Shown piece by piece: positions 19,193-27,923 of a DNA stretch of 64,000 nt; positions within the stretch are counted from its first letter, which is position 1; every line of letters begins with the position of its first letter. Origin of the DNA: a phage. The notes below the pieces were generated by a model. The model was given only the letters and a program-made list of their open reading frames with translations, was not told the DNA's origin and ran no database searches. The stretch is taken from the sequence record PZ445521.1, one strand, 5' to 3'. The position numbers and the translations under genes are program-made.

Positions 19193-20161
19193 TTATTTCA
19201 GAAGAGTAACCTCAGCAATTTCTTCCCAACCGTTTTTGTCTGTCATAATAAAGTCAGCAAGATAAAGAGCAGTACGCAGTGAAACATTACGTAAACGATT
19301 AACATTGACTTTCATCCATGATAATGCTTTATAAGTTTCTTCATCAGAAAGACCGCGCTTTTGCATCATGTCAGTTGAAAGAATAACATCTTCAACCCTG
19401 ACCATAATTTCTTCATTAGTGTGAACACCCAAATCCAAATAAACTGAGCGGGACACTAATGCTTGTAAATGTGGAGCAAGTTTAGTACCACGGTCTAATT
19501 CGCGGTCAATGTCAACGTTTGTGATAAAAACAATCGTTCCTTTAAATTCAAACTCACGCTCAATGCCTTTTTCTTCTAAGTAAGAAGATGCGGTGCTCCA
19601 GCAGACTTTACGGGTCTCTCCGGTGTCCAGAGCAGCTTTCAGAAGATTAAGAATGTCCATATCAGAGAAAACATCCACATCATCAATCAAAAGGACAGAA
19701 TTCTCTTCACGATTATTCCAAAGCTGCTCATAAAGACCAATACCAGAGATTTTACCATTAATGCTTTTATATTCAATGTATCCAATATCATTTGCTTTAT
19801 TTAAAGCTTTATCTAAAGAATACGTTTTACCAATACCCGCCGCACCAGAGATAATTAATGAACGAATATTTCCATTAATAATACCATTCGTCATCATTCC
19901 CATAACATTAAATCTTTTATTAATGCGGGTTTTCATATCTTCATACGATTCTTTAACTTCTTCAACTTTTACACCATCATATGAAATGTCTGATTTGTAA
20001 ACCCAAACACCGCGACGTTTACCGTCAATTTCAACAAAAACTTTACCATCTCCTTGTGCATCTACCGGAGCATTATCTGGGAACCATTCGCCTAAGAGCT
20101 CAAAAGTTCCAGAGATTTCTTTACCGAAGTAGATACCCTTATTGATAGTTACAGTTTTCAT
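19193..20161 (-). CDS. predicted P-loop / AAA+ ATPase
   Basis: 322 aa; Walker A GAAGIGKT and Walker B VLLIDDVD. Confidence 0.65.
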   Translation of the reverse strand: MKTVTINKGIYFGKEISGTFELLGEWFPDNAPVDAQGDGKVFVEIDGKRRGVWVYKSDISYDGVKVEEVKESYEDMKTRINKRFNVMGMMTNGIINGNIRSLIISGAAGIGKTYSLDKALNKANDIGYIEYKSINGKISGIGLYEQLWNNREENSVLLIDDVDVFSDMDILNLLKAALDTGETRKVCWSTASSYLEEKGIEREFEFKGTIVFITNVDIDRELDRGTKLAPHLQALVSRSVYLDLGVHTNEEIMVRVEDVILSTDMMQKRGLSDEETYKALSWMKVNVNRLRNVSLRTALYLADFIMTDKNGWEEIAEVTLLK

Positions 20162-20218
20162 TTTATTCTCCTTTGATTTGATAGGACTACTATAACATAG
20201 TCCTATCAGTTTGTATAC

Positions 20219-20419
20219 TTATTTTGACATTTCTTCGATGTCACGACGATACCCGTCACGAACTTCACGAAGAGCTTCAAGGCCACACATAGGCTCGATA
20301 CCAGTAATGTGAACTTGATTAATCTGATACTCTACATCTTCTAACTGAGCGAAAACATAACGACGTTCAGCTGCACAACCAGGTTTAGCTTTACCGAAAC
20401 GTTTATTCAAAGTAGTCAT
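20219..20419 (-). CDS. hypothetical small protein
   Basis: 66-aa ORF downstream of promoter-like element. Confidence 0.45.
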   Translation of the reverse strand: MTTLNKRFGKAKPGCAAERRYVFAQLEDVEYQINQVHITGIEPMCGLEALREVRDGYRRDIEEMSK

Positions 20420-20446
20420 TTTGTATCTCCAATTTACTCATTTGTT

Positions 20447-20500
20447 TTGATAGTTGTATAGTACCATAAAGCTTTATGCTTGTAAACAGTTTTGTGAAAA
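20447..20500 (-). promoter_or_regulatory. T4-type early promoter-like element
   Basis: GATAGTTGTATAGTACCATAAAG block, GTTTAC hexamer (20482..20487) and AAAACTGTTTTGTGAAAAATTTTT upstream block. Confidence 0.5.
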
Positions 20501-20517
20501 ATTTTTGAAATAAAAAA

Positions 20518-20535
20518 GGGAGCCCGAAGGCTCCC
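20518..20535 (-). terminator. intrinsic terminator hairpin
   Basis: gggagcc-cgaa-ggctccc hairpin followed on minus transcript by a U-run; directly 3' of ORF 20538..21551. Confidence 0.6.
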
Positions 20536-20537
20536 TA

Positions 20538-21551
20538 TCATTTATAATAACTTCGGTGGTTTTCAAGATAGACCTTCTCAAGGAAGTCATCCCAGAAACT
20601 CATGTCTACTGTTTTAGGCATACCGTTCTTAGAAGCTTCAGTAGATGCTGCTTCTACTTGATCGACCACATCTTCCAAAAACTCTTGAACTGTTTTAAAT
20701 GGATGTTTACCCAACTTCACGTCGAGAATAAATGGAGCATCTTGAAGTGGATAGACTAAGTCACCAGTTTTGTAAATTTCCAATAGTTGAAGTCCACCAC
20801 GACAAGCATGGCTCAGAGCTTTCCAGTCAATGCCTTCATTGGCTTCGGCCTTACGAGCGCGTTCACCATATTCAGCATCTAATTTGTTCAGTGACTGCTT
20901 AAGCTCAATAAGAGAAAGAGTTGTCTGATATTTACGACCCAACACTGTGTAAAACGTCTGTGGGCCTGTTTTCTCATGATTATGGAACACCCATTCACAG
21001 AATTCGTTTTCTGGAAGACGATGCTTAATATCTTCAACTTTAGTACGACGCTGCTTAATGGAACCGTCTTCTTGGTAATCAACCCATTGCTCAGGGATTT
21101 GATTAACTACTTTCAATACATCACGTAATGCAGCCAAACGAGAACCCTTGACACCGTATTTAGAAGCTTGCTTGCGAACATATCCTAAATAGGATTTCAT
21201 GTTAGTCGTATAAAAACGAGAACGGTTGTCTTGAATAAACTTCCACACATCAGGCAAATCAGATTTAACCACTAGTTCAGGTGGAGTATGAAGCATATCT
21301 AATGCTACAGTTTCACCATCTGCAGCTAATTTAAAGAAATATTTAAGACTGTATAGTTCATGGTCAATATCATCTTTAGTGTTTTTAGATGATGTGTTGT
21401 TGGTGTTTTTACTCATGTGCTCTTTGACATTTCCGATAAGAATATCGCGAGCAGGAGGAACAAAAATTTCTTTAAAATCTACATCAGATTCTGGGGTAGA
21501 AGTTCCATAAAGATGACTACCAAAATAGCTTTTCATTACTGTTTTCATCAT
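20538..21551 (-). CDS. predicted nucleotidyltransferase (pol-beta superfamily fold)
   Basis: 337 aa; N-terminal GSHLYG...SDVD motif (GS-x9-DxD) plus downstream acidic ETVALD. Confidence 0.55.
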   Translation of the reverse strand: MMKTVMKSYFGSHLYGTSTPESDVDFKEIFVPPARDILIGNVKEHMSKNTNNTSSKNTKDDIDHELYSLKYFFKLAADGETVALDMLHTPPELVVKSDLPDVWKFIQDNRSRFYTTNMKSYLGYVRKQASKYGVKGSRLAALRDVLKVVNQIPEQWVDYQEDGSIKQRRTKVEDIKHRLPENEFCEWVFHNHEKTGPQTFYTVLGRKYQTTLSLIELKQSLNKLDAEYGERARKAEANEGIDWKALSHACRGGLQLLEIYKTGDLVYPLQDAPFILDVKLGKHPFKTVQEFLEDVVDQVEAASTEASKNGMPKTVDMSFWDDFLEKVYLENHRSYYK

Positions 21552-22009
21552 TCAGCCTTATATTCAATAACAGGACATACTTTAGCTTTACGAGCTTTTA
21601 AAAATTCGACGATAATCGATTTCTTGGGTTGAATAGGAGGTAAACCTTTATACGCTCTATCAATATTTTCTACGTGTAAAGCATAATCCTTTTTCCATTT
21701 ATAATCTTTATATTTTTCACGCAAATGTGCAGGAATAACAAATGAACCGATAATAAGTAAAACAACCAAAAGTGCAAGTATAAATGCCGATGGAAGAAGA
21801 GTCCATAAACTACCGAAAATAAGCCAACGTTGTAGGCTTTCTGCACAAATAATTGTTAACCCTACGAGTATAGCACACCCAAAAATAGAAACGAAAAATG
21901 TAGGAATGGCAATAGACCAAAAATATGCGCATAGTGTCTTAGGTCGTTGCCATTCGTCGTTAAACAATTTGAATAATTTATAATGCCAAGAGTTTTCATT
22001 AATAATCAT
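21548..22009 (-). CDS. hypothetical membrane protein
   Basis: 153 aa; about three hydrophobic segments; start overlaps next stop. Confidence 0.55.
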   Translation of the reverse strand: MIINENSWHYKLFKLFNDEWQRPKTLCAYFWSIAIPTFFVSIFGCAILVGLTIICAESLQRWLIFGSLWTLLPSAFILALLVVLLIIGSFVIPAHLREKYKDYKWKKDYALHVENIDRAYKGLPPIQPKKSIIVEFLKARKAKVCPVIEYKAE

Positions 22010-22011
22010 AA

Positions 22012-22533
22012 TTATCCTTTCATTGAAGGAGTAATGGTTGTTAAATACTTAATCATAGCTTCAGCTTCTGATTTTGATAATGAAATTTCTCCATTGTTTT
22101 GACGAATAGAAATAAAATCCGGATGACGGTCACCACCAGCTTTTAAAACACACATATAAGTATCAACTTCACCTTCAATATTTGAAATGATTGAAGCAGT
22201 TCCGCATGAATGTGGTTTTTGATAAATCAATGCAGCTTTTCTTCCACCATTTGACTGTTCATAGGCTTTTAATACATCAAACAAATCAGTTCTTTTATCA
22301 ATAGCTAAAATGTTATTTTCATCTTCAATGTTAAATCCTTCGGATACTTCATAAAGCGTTACCCATAAATCACCGATGTCAATAACAGCATTTACTTTTC
22401 CACGGCTTTCAAGAGTATGACAAATTTTCTTGATTTCGTCATAACTCATTTTAATAATATCATCTCCTTGACTAAGGAAGATGTCATTTTTAAATTCAAC
22501 ACGAATTAAACCACTTTCACTTGAAATAAACAT
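22012..22533 (-). CDS. hypothetical protein (paralog of 22540..23085)
   Basis: 173 aa; shares GFNIE and C-terminal A..YL..I/T.P(S/T)M blocks with neighbour. Confidence 0.55.
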   Translation of the reverse strand: MFISSESGLIRVEFKNDIFLSQGDDIIKMSYDEIKKICHTLESRGKVNAVIDIGDLWVTLYEVSEGFNIEDENNILAIDKRTDLFDVLKAYEQSNGGRKAALIYQKPHSCGTASIISNIEGEVDTYMCVLKAGGDRHPDFISIRQNNGEISLSKSEAEAMIKYLTTITPSMKG

Positions 22534-22539
22534 ATTTCC

Positions 22540-23085
22540 TCACTTTGAAATCATAGTTGGAATAACAGAATCAAGATAAGTCTTTAGTGCAATAGCTTCG
22601 TCTTTGGTAAATGTGACAATATGTGCTCGAAAATCATCAATTTGACGAATAGTTAAGACATCTCCATCTTCATAACATTTTGATACGTTTAAAACAGTTT
22701 CATCATTCTGATTGCAAGCGTTAGTAATAATAGCATTGCAATTTTTAAACCATTTTAAACTATGTTTTCTTTCATTAGAATAATAAAAATATTTAATCTT
22801 ATCTATAAAACTATCCCAATGGATAACTGATAAGCATATTGACTCGCTTTCAATATTAAATCCTGGGCATGAAGAATAAAAATGAATTTTATGCTCATCA
22901 TTAATGCTTACAATTTTATCAGTATAAGGATTTTCAATTTTGGTTAAATGAATGATTTCACTAGGCGTAAAATACAGCATATCGTCTTCTTGTGTCAAAC
23001 GATACATATTATTTACTTTTTCTATAGCCAATTCACCAAAAAGTGAACTAACTTCTAATACTAATCGTTTCGCCGCTACCGTCAT
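22540..23085 (-). CDS. hypothetical protein (paralog of 22012..22533)
   Basis: 181-aa ORF. Confidence 0.55.
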   Translation of the reverse strand: MTVAAKRLVLEVSSLFGELAIEKVNNMYRLTQEDDMLYFTPSEIIHLTKIENPYTDKIVSINDEHKIHFYSSCPGFNIESESICLSVIHWDSFIDKIKYFYYSNERKHSLKWFKNCNAIITNACNQNDETVLNVSKCYEDGDVLTIRQIDDFRAHIVTFTKDEAIALKTYLDSVIPTMISK

Positions 23086-23206
23086 TACATACTCCTCTGA
23101 ATCATATCAATAATGTTGTTCACCAGATTATAAGTAAACATTGGGTAATTATATTGAATCACCACATACACAACAAACAAAACTTTCATTCTCTTCTCCT
23201 TGGCAG

Positions 23207-23250
23207 TTGACAAGATTACTATACCATAACCTTGCCAACTTGTAAACCAT
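23207..23250 (-). promoter_or_regulatory. T4-type early promoter-like element
   Basis: GACAAGATTACTATACCATAACC block plus GTTTAC hexamer. Confidence 0.35.
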
Positions 23251-23412
23251 TAAATGACGTTTTCGATAAAATTCTGAAGCTTTGTATGAGCATCAACCAT
23301 GATTTTCATTTCTTCCTTTGCGAAAGCTGTACCTCTTTCACGAGAAGAACATTCATAGTCAGAAACTGCATTAGCATATTCTTCAATTAGCTTCATTAAA
23401 AACATCTGCTTT

Positions 23413-23607
23413 TCAGTTTTCATTATTCCACCTAATCATTTCAAGATATTGAACTAACTTAGCTTTGGATTTATCCAAATCCTTTTTAGCTGCTTCTATA
23501 CCGTCGTATGAATATCCTTCACAATGCTCAACTGCTAATTGATATGAATCTATTTCAATATCACGTGCTAATTTAATGATTTTTTCAAACTGTTCGCGTG
23601 TTAGCAT
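23413..23607 (-). CDS. hypothetical small protein
   Basis: 64-aa ORF. Confidence 0.45.
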   Translation of the reverse strand: MLTREQFEKIIKLARDIEIDSYQLAVEHCEGYSYDGIEAAKKDLDKSKAKLVQYLEMIRWNNEN

Positions 23608-23609
23608 AC

Positions 23610-23813
23610 TTAAACTCTCGTATTATGATCGATAATTTCATCAAGAAACATATCTAACGCTTCTACAGCATTATTAACTTTATCTTCAAGTTCTTCAATA
23701 CTTTTATTTGCAATGCCTGACGAAAACCAAGCAAAGTCACTAAGTTCCTCATCTGCTTTACGAATTAAAGCTACCAATTCCTTAATTTTATCCGCTTGTT
23801 CGATACTAATCAT
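23610..23813 (-). CDS. hypothetical small acidic protein
   Basis: ORF 23610..23849; start at internal Met forming TAATG overlap with upstream stop. Confidence 0.45.
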   Translation of the reverse strand: MISIEQADKIKELVALIRKADEELSDFAWFSSGIANKSIEELEDKVNNAVEALDMFLDEIIDHNTRV

Positions 23814-24001
23814 TATTCCACCACATATGAAAGAGAGAATATTGCACACGCCATGTGAGTTGCAACTTCATCACACATATTATAACGTTTCTTAAGAAAT
23901 TCTACAAGTTCTTCACTAGTAACTTCATCCATGTCGACGAAAAAATCACCATTAATGATGACGTAGATATTTCCTTCTTGATTAAGTGCTTCAATTTTCA
24001 T
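23813..24001 (-). CDS. hypothetical small protein
   Basis: ORF 23813..24046; start moved to MKIEALN preceded by GGAGAA, downstream of promoter-like element. Confidence 0.45.
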   Translation of the reverse strand: MKIEALNQEGNIYVIINGDFFVDMDEVTSEELVEFLKKRYNMCDEVATHMACAIFSLSYVVE

Positions 24002-24020
24002 GATGTTCTCCTCTTTATCC

Positions 24021-24065
24021 GATAGTTGTATAGTACCACAGCTCAAACGGAAAGTAAACCGGTAA
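24021..24065 (-). promoter_or_regulatory. T4-type early promoter-like element
   Basis: GATAGTTGTATAGTACCACAG block and GTTTAC hexamer (24054..24059). Confidence 0.45.
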
Positions 24066-24075
24066 AATGAAAAAA

Positions 24076-24091
24076 GTCTCCCGAAGGAGAC
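24076..24091 (-). terminator. intrinsic terminator hairpin after rI.-1
   Basis: gtctcc-cgaa-ggagac hairpin followed by a U-run on minus transcript. Confidence 0.55.
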
Positions 24092-24096
24092 TAATG

Positions 24097-24483
24097 TTAT
24101 TCGAGGGAAAGAAGATACTTACTCTGGTAAAACATTCCAGTAATATCATCTATCGTGCTTTGGATGGCTGGAGGCATTTCTTTATAAATGCTGTTAGATT
24201 GGTCTAGTATGTGATCAATCATTTTAATTGTGTCGGTAGGAAGTTTACTGGCATCTGGAATTGAAGGTGTGTATTTTCTACCAGAATACCCCAAATATTG
24301 CTCACCAAATTTATCAATCAAATCTGGCAACTCGGAGAAAATAAAATCGTATGCTTTGTGTCTAGCATAACTTTTAGTTTCAAAATGTGCAGAATGAAAA
24401 TAAGCTTGTGCAGCCATTAATAAACCTAAGTATTCATCTGCCTTTGAAGGTTTTCCACTTTGTGAAAAGTCGCTGAATTTCAT
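24097..24483 (-). CDS. hypothetical protein at rI.-1 position
   Basis: 128 aa, immediately downstream of rI. Confidence 0.5.
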   Translation of the reverse strand: MKFSDFSQSGKPSKADEYLGLLMAAQAYFHSAHFETKSYARHKAYDFIFSELPDLIDKFGEQYLGYSGRKYTPSIPDASKLPTDTIKMIDHILDQSNSIYKEMPPAIQSTIDDITGMFYQSKYLLSLE

Positions 24484-24773
24484 TCAGTCTCCAATTTAAT
24501 GTTCATAATTCTAGCGTATGATTGTGCCATCTCCGCGCCTCGCTCTATACATTCAAAATCAGAAGAGCACGGGTCATTTTTATAGGTCGTTCTCATAAAA
24601 CTATAGAATTGTTCAGACGATTCTACGCTTTTATTTTCAAAAAGCATATAAACGTGCCTAATACCAGATTCCATAAATTTATCAAAATGAGGATCGACAT
24701 TCGCTTCAATCGGTGGAGATAAAACAAATGACAATCCTAGCATGGCAAATAGTGCCGTTGCTTTTAAGGCCAT
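24480..24773 (-). CDS. rI: Lysis-inhibition regulator RI (signal-anchored periplasmic antiholin partner)
   Basis: 97 aa; N-terminal hydrophobic signal anchor MALKATALFAMLGLSFVL; matches remembered T4 RI; upstream of tk. Confidence 0.8.
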   Translation of the reverse strand: MALKATALFAMLGLSFVLSPPIEANVDPHFDKFMESGIRHVYMLFENKSVESSEQFYSFMRTTYKNDPCSSDFECIERGAEMAQSYARIMNIKLETE

Positions 24774-24785
24774 AAAGGCCTCCTA

Positions 24786-24998
24786 TCATTTTTGTCCTGT
24801 ATTTACTTTATGCCGATGCACGGCCTTAACTTTATCAAGGTATTTTTCAAAATTTCGCAATCTAGTATAGTCTGCCGGAGATTGATTGAGTGATACTTCT
24901 CGACGCAAAGCTGAAATGATATTTCCAACTTCCCTACGAATTTCATCTAATTGAAGCACAGTAAGATTGCGAAGTTGCTTTTCAGTTAATTGTAGCAT
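24786..24998 (-). CDS. hypothetical small protein
   Basis: 70-aa ORF between tk and rI. Confidence 0.5.
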
Positions 24999-25040
24999 AT
25001 ATACCCCTTTAGTTAGATAAACCTATTTATAACTTTTGCA

Positions 25041-25622
25041 CTAACCGAGCTTTTTAGTTAATTCATTCCAATGTTTTCTACACAAAGAAACATAAATTTC
25101 ATCACCAATACAGATTTGATTACCTTCTTTAACTGGTGATCCATCTTCCATTAATCGAGCTGTCATAATCGCTTTTTTACCACAATGACAAACTGCCTTT
25201 AGTTCAATAAGTTTATCTGCAATCGCTAAAAGTTCTTTAGAACCTTCAAATAATTTTCCAGCGAAATCAGTCCTTAGCCCATAAGCCATAACAGGAACAT
25301 TATATGTATCAACAATTCGGCTCAATTGATGCACCTGTTCAGTTTTTAAAAACTGAGCTTCATCTACAAATACGCAATGAATATCTTTTTGTGCTTCAGC
25401 CCATTTATAGAACTCGAAAATATCCATATCATCTGTAATAATATTCGCTTCCTGTTTAATTCCAATGCGAGAAACAACTTCACAGACAGAATCGCGAGTA
25501 TCAATAGCAGGCTTAAGAACTAATACACTCATTCCACGTTCTTTATAATTATGTGCAGCAGTCAAAAGAGAAGCAGATTTTCCAGCATTCATTGCTGCAT
25601 AAGTAAAAATTAAACTCGCCAT
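25041..25622 (-). CDS. tk: Thymidine kinase
   Basis: 193 aa; P-loop AAMNAGKS and C-terminal Cys motifs typical of type II thymidine kinase. Confidence 0.9.
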   Translation of the reverse strand: MASLIFTYAAMNAGKSASLLTAAHNYKERGMSVLVLKPAIDTRDSVCEVVSRIGIKQEANIITDDMDIFEFYKWAEAQKDIHCVFVDEAQFLKTEQVHQLSRIVDTYNVPVMAYGLRTDFAGKLFEGSKELLAIADKLIELKAVCHCGKKAIMTARLMEDGSPVKEGNQICIGDEIYVSLCRKHWNELTKKLG

Positions 25623-25623
25623 C

Positions 25624-25812
25624 TTAGTCCTTAGTTAAATTTTCTAAATATGTTTCTAAATCATTTTCAACTTTATCGATAGATTTTACTAATTCGTAAT
25701 ATGTTTCGGCATCTCCATATTCAGAAGATATTTCAAAAGACAAATCCTTTTCTAAACTAATAATTTCACCAACTAAAAATAATATTTCGTTCTTTTGTTC
25801 GCGAGTAATCAT
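25624..25812 (-). CDS. hypothetical small acidic protein
   Basis: 62-aa ORF. Confidence 0.45.
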   Translation of the reverse strand: MITREQKNEILFLVGEIISLEKDLSFEISSEYGDAETYYELVKSIDKVENDLETYLENLTKD

Positions 25813-25994
25813 AAGGAATTTATATAATTAATAAGTTCTTGTTCTTTATTATCGAATTCTTTAGAAAGTTCTTCGTACTCGTTTGCACTAAAAGGACCGC
25901 ATTCATTACAAACTTTTTCCAATTCACTATTTTTATCCATAACTTCGTGGATAAGAGAAAAGAGTTTGTCTTTTTGTTCTTTGCTTAGGCTCAT
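25809..25994 (-). CDS. hypothetical small acidic protein
   Basis: 61-aa ORF. Confidence 0.45.
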   Translation of the reverse strand: MSLSKEQKDKLFSLIHEVMDKNSELEKVCNECGPFSANEYEELSKEFDNKEQELINYINSL

Positions 25995-26160
25995 ATATTA
26001 ATTTCCAGAAGTTTTAAAATAATTCGCTTTTGCTTAAATATTTCCACAGTTAAATGATCAGTATCTTTTTGACCAATTCCAATGGCAAAACCTTTATTAA
26101 CAGCGAGTTCAATTAAATTATCAAGTTCACGTAACACTTCATATTGTAACTCAGAACTAT

Positions 26161-26373
26161 TCATTTCGGTTTACCTTCTTTAACGAAATCTGGATAAGGA
26201 TAAAATCCCGAATAAAATCCTTCACCTTTATGATTGATGCATCCTTTATTAGAACAATAGCACCAATAATCGAAATCACAAACCATTTCATCGTTGCATA
26301 AAGCAAAAACAACCGGCCATTTACACTTTTCACAGTGGGCTTTTTTAAGAATACTAGTTTGGCTCATAACCAT
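26161..26373 (-). CDS. hypothetical Cys-rich small protein
   Basis: 70 aa with nine Cys (CEKCKW...CDFDYWCYC...GC). Confidence 0.5.
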   Translation of the reverse strand: MVMSQTSILKKAHCEKCKWPVVFALCNDEMVCDFDYWCYCSNKGCINHKGEGFYSGFYPYPDFVKEGKPK

Positions 26374-26591
26374 GTCACCTTTAAGCAGTATTCTTCTACA
26401 TGCTGTTTACGACCTTTCTTATCAATAAAGGTATATTCAACGAATGTTCCAATGTAGTCTTTATCTACATCATGTGGACTATTAATTGGACATTTAGTAC
26501 GGCAAATGCGTTCCCATTGACGAATAATTACTGCCTTATTCTTTGGGTCATACGGATGTGGATAATGTATATTCATAATAACGGTTCCCAA
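26364..26591 (-). CDS. hypothetical small protein
   Basis: 75-aa ORF. Confidence 0.45.
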   Translation of the reverse strand: MGTVIMNIHYPHPYDPKNKAVIIRQWERICRTKCPINSPHDVDKDYIGTFVEYTFIDKKGRKQHVEEYCLKVTWL

Positions 26592-27040
26592 TCAACAATC
26601 ACAATTTCTAATTTAGAGGAATATGTATCTAAAATCCCCTCAATAATATCCCAGTTCCCTTTACCTATGCCTGCTCCAATCCTAGGCATATAAATTGTAG
26701 GTTTAATCAGTTTATTTTCACCAAACTCATTTAATTCTAACATACAATTCATTAAAGCGGAATACTCAAAATTTGGCCCTGGTTGAAATTGAGTATAAAG
26801 ATTAAAGCAATACGCTTTATGAGTCCTAAAGTATTTTTCATAGACTGAGTAAGAACCGAGTTTAGTTACATCACCCCATTCAGTCTGTAATTTATCAGCT
26901 TCCAAAATTTTAGGGAAAGCTTTGGTTAATTGACCTGCGACTCCAGCTTTCATCGCGTGAAAACAATTACATCCATGCGCAATATTTTTACCTTCAGCGA
27001 AAAGGGCGACAATATCGCCCTTGATATATTTTACAATCAT
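26573..27040 (-). CDS. possible macro-domain (ADP-ribose binding/hydrolase-like) protein
   Basis: 155 aa; GDI...HGCNC, AGVAGQL and PRIGAGIGKG blocks resemble macro-domain signature segments; by-eye motif match only. Confidence 0.4.
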   Translation of the reverse strand: MIVKYIKGDIVALFAEGKNIAHGCNCFHAMKAGVAGQLTKAFPKILEADKLQTEWGDVTKLGSYSVYEKYFRTHKAYCFNLYTQFQPGPNFEYSALMNCMLELNEFGENKLIKPTIYMPRIGAGIGKGNWDIIEGILDTYSSKLEIVIVDWEPLL

Positions 27041-27378
27041 CTAGTACTCAATCCTCGATTATAAGAATCTACCAAACGGTCAACCATTGAATGACAAGCG
27101 GCTTTATCTTTCTCCTCCGCAACTGAACATTCTAAGGTATTCCACTTTTTAGCATATCGTTTTAATAATGTATCATTTTTGTATCTGCTTGATTTATCTC
27201 TTTCTCCGTCTTTATATGCATATATTAATTTCTGCGCAAATTCAGCTTGGCATGCTTTATTTTTCCCGCAATAATCCGCTGCAGTACGGTTTACATACTC
27301 TCTAATTTCAGTATATGATGTATCTGCTAACGCAGAAAATGAAATTAATCCTATACATAAAACCAAAATTTTAGTCAT
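27037..27378 (-). CDS. hypothetical secreted/periplasmic protein
   Basis: 113 aa; signal peptide MTKILVLCIGLISFSALA; four Cys. Confidence 0.55.
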   Translation of the reverse strand: MTKILVLCIGLISFSALADTSYTEIREYVNRTAADYCGKNKACQAEFAQKLIYAYKDGERDKSSRYKNDTLLKRYAKKWNTLECSVAEEKDKAACHSMVDRLVDSYNRGLSTR

Positions 27379-27916
27379 TTACTATTTCCAAAAGTTTATT
27401 ATTTTTAAGGTAATTAGCCTTTTCTAGGACTTCAGAAGCATATTTAGAACCTGCTTTAACATTCCATCCCGAATTATAAGAGGATATTGCTTTTCTTATA
27501 TCGCCCTTATGTATATTTAACCAATAAGAAAGTTCAATGTACGCCCAGGAAGCTGAATTGGACCGTTTATTCAACATTCTTTTTATTTCAGCATCGGTCA
27601 TATTATAACCAAGTTCCTTAACTCTTGCTCGCATAGTAGGCAAATAATTTTGGAACATTCCGTAGGCGTGATGCTTTGGTTTAGATTTTAAATTAACTCC
27701 GCCAGAGCTTTCTTGCCATAAAATAGCAGCCATTATATGACCTAATCCGCTCTTGTGGATATTTTTGTGTGTTTTATATTTTCCATCCTTAGAAAATTGT
27801 TCCCCGAATTGATACGCGTAACGCATGTTATCGAGTTGGACATTACTGAAAGTATGCTCGGAGCTATGTGCCATCATTGAAATGGCCAATAGACCAGCGA
27901 GTAGTGCTTTTCTCAT
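27371..27916 (-). CDS. secreted lytic transglycosylase-like protein (SLT domain)
   Basis: 181 aa; signal peptide; WQESSGG...GMFQ catalytic-region motif. Confidence 0.6.
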   Translation of the reverse strand: MRKALLAGLLAISMMAHSSEHTFSNVQLDNMRYAYQFGEQFSKDGKYKTHKNIHKSGLGHIMAAILWQESSGGVNLKSKPKHHAYGMFQNYLPTMRARVKELGYNMTDAEIKRMLNKRSNSASWAYIELSYWLNIHKGDIRKAISSYNSGWNVKAGSKYASEVLEKANYLKNNKLLEIVND

Positions 27917-27923
27917 GCTTACC

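Noticed and set aside
13831-20000. Plus-strand ORFs 13831..14067, 14341..14532, 14529..14747, 15914..16096, 18753..18941, 19761..20000
   Set aside because: Antisense to the paralog array and ATPase genes; no start context.
19193-20161. GIY-like tripeptide (KGIYFGKE) in the ATPase as a sign of a GIY-YIG homing endonuclease
   Set aside because: No YIG partner motif or downstream catalytic Arg/Glu pattern; the protein is dominated by Walker A/B ATPase motifs.
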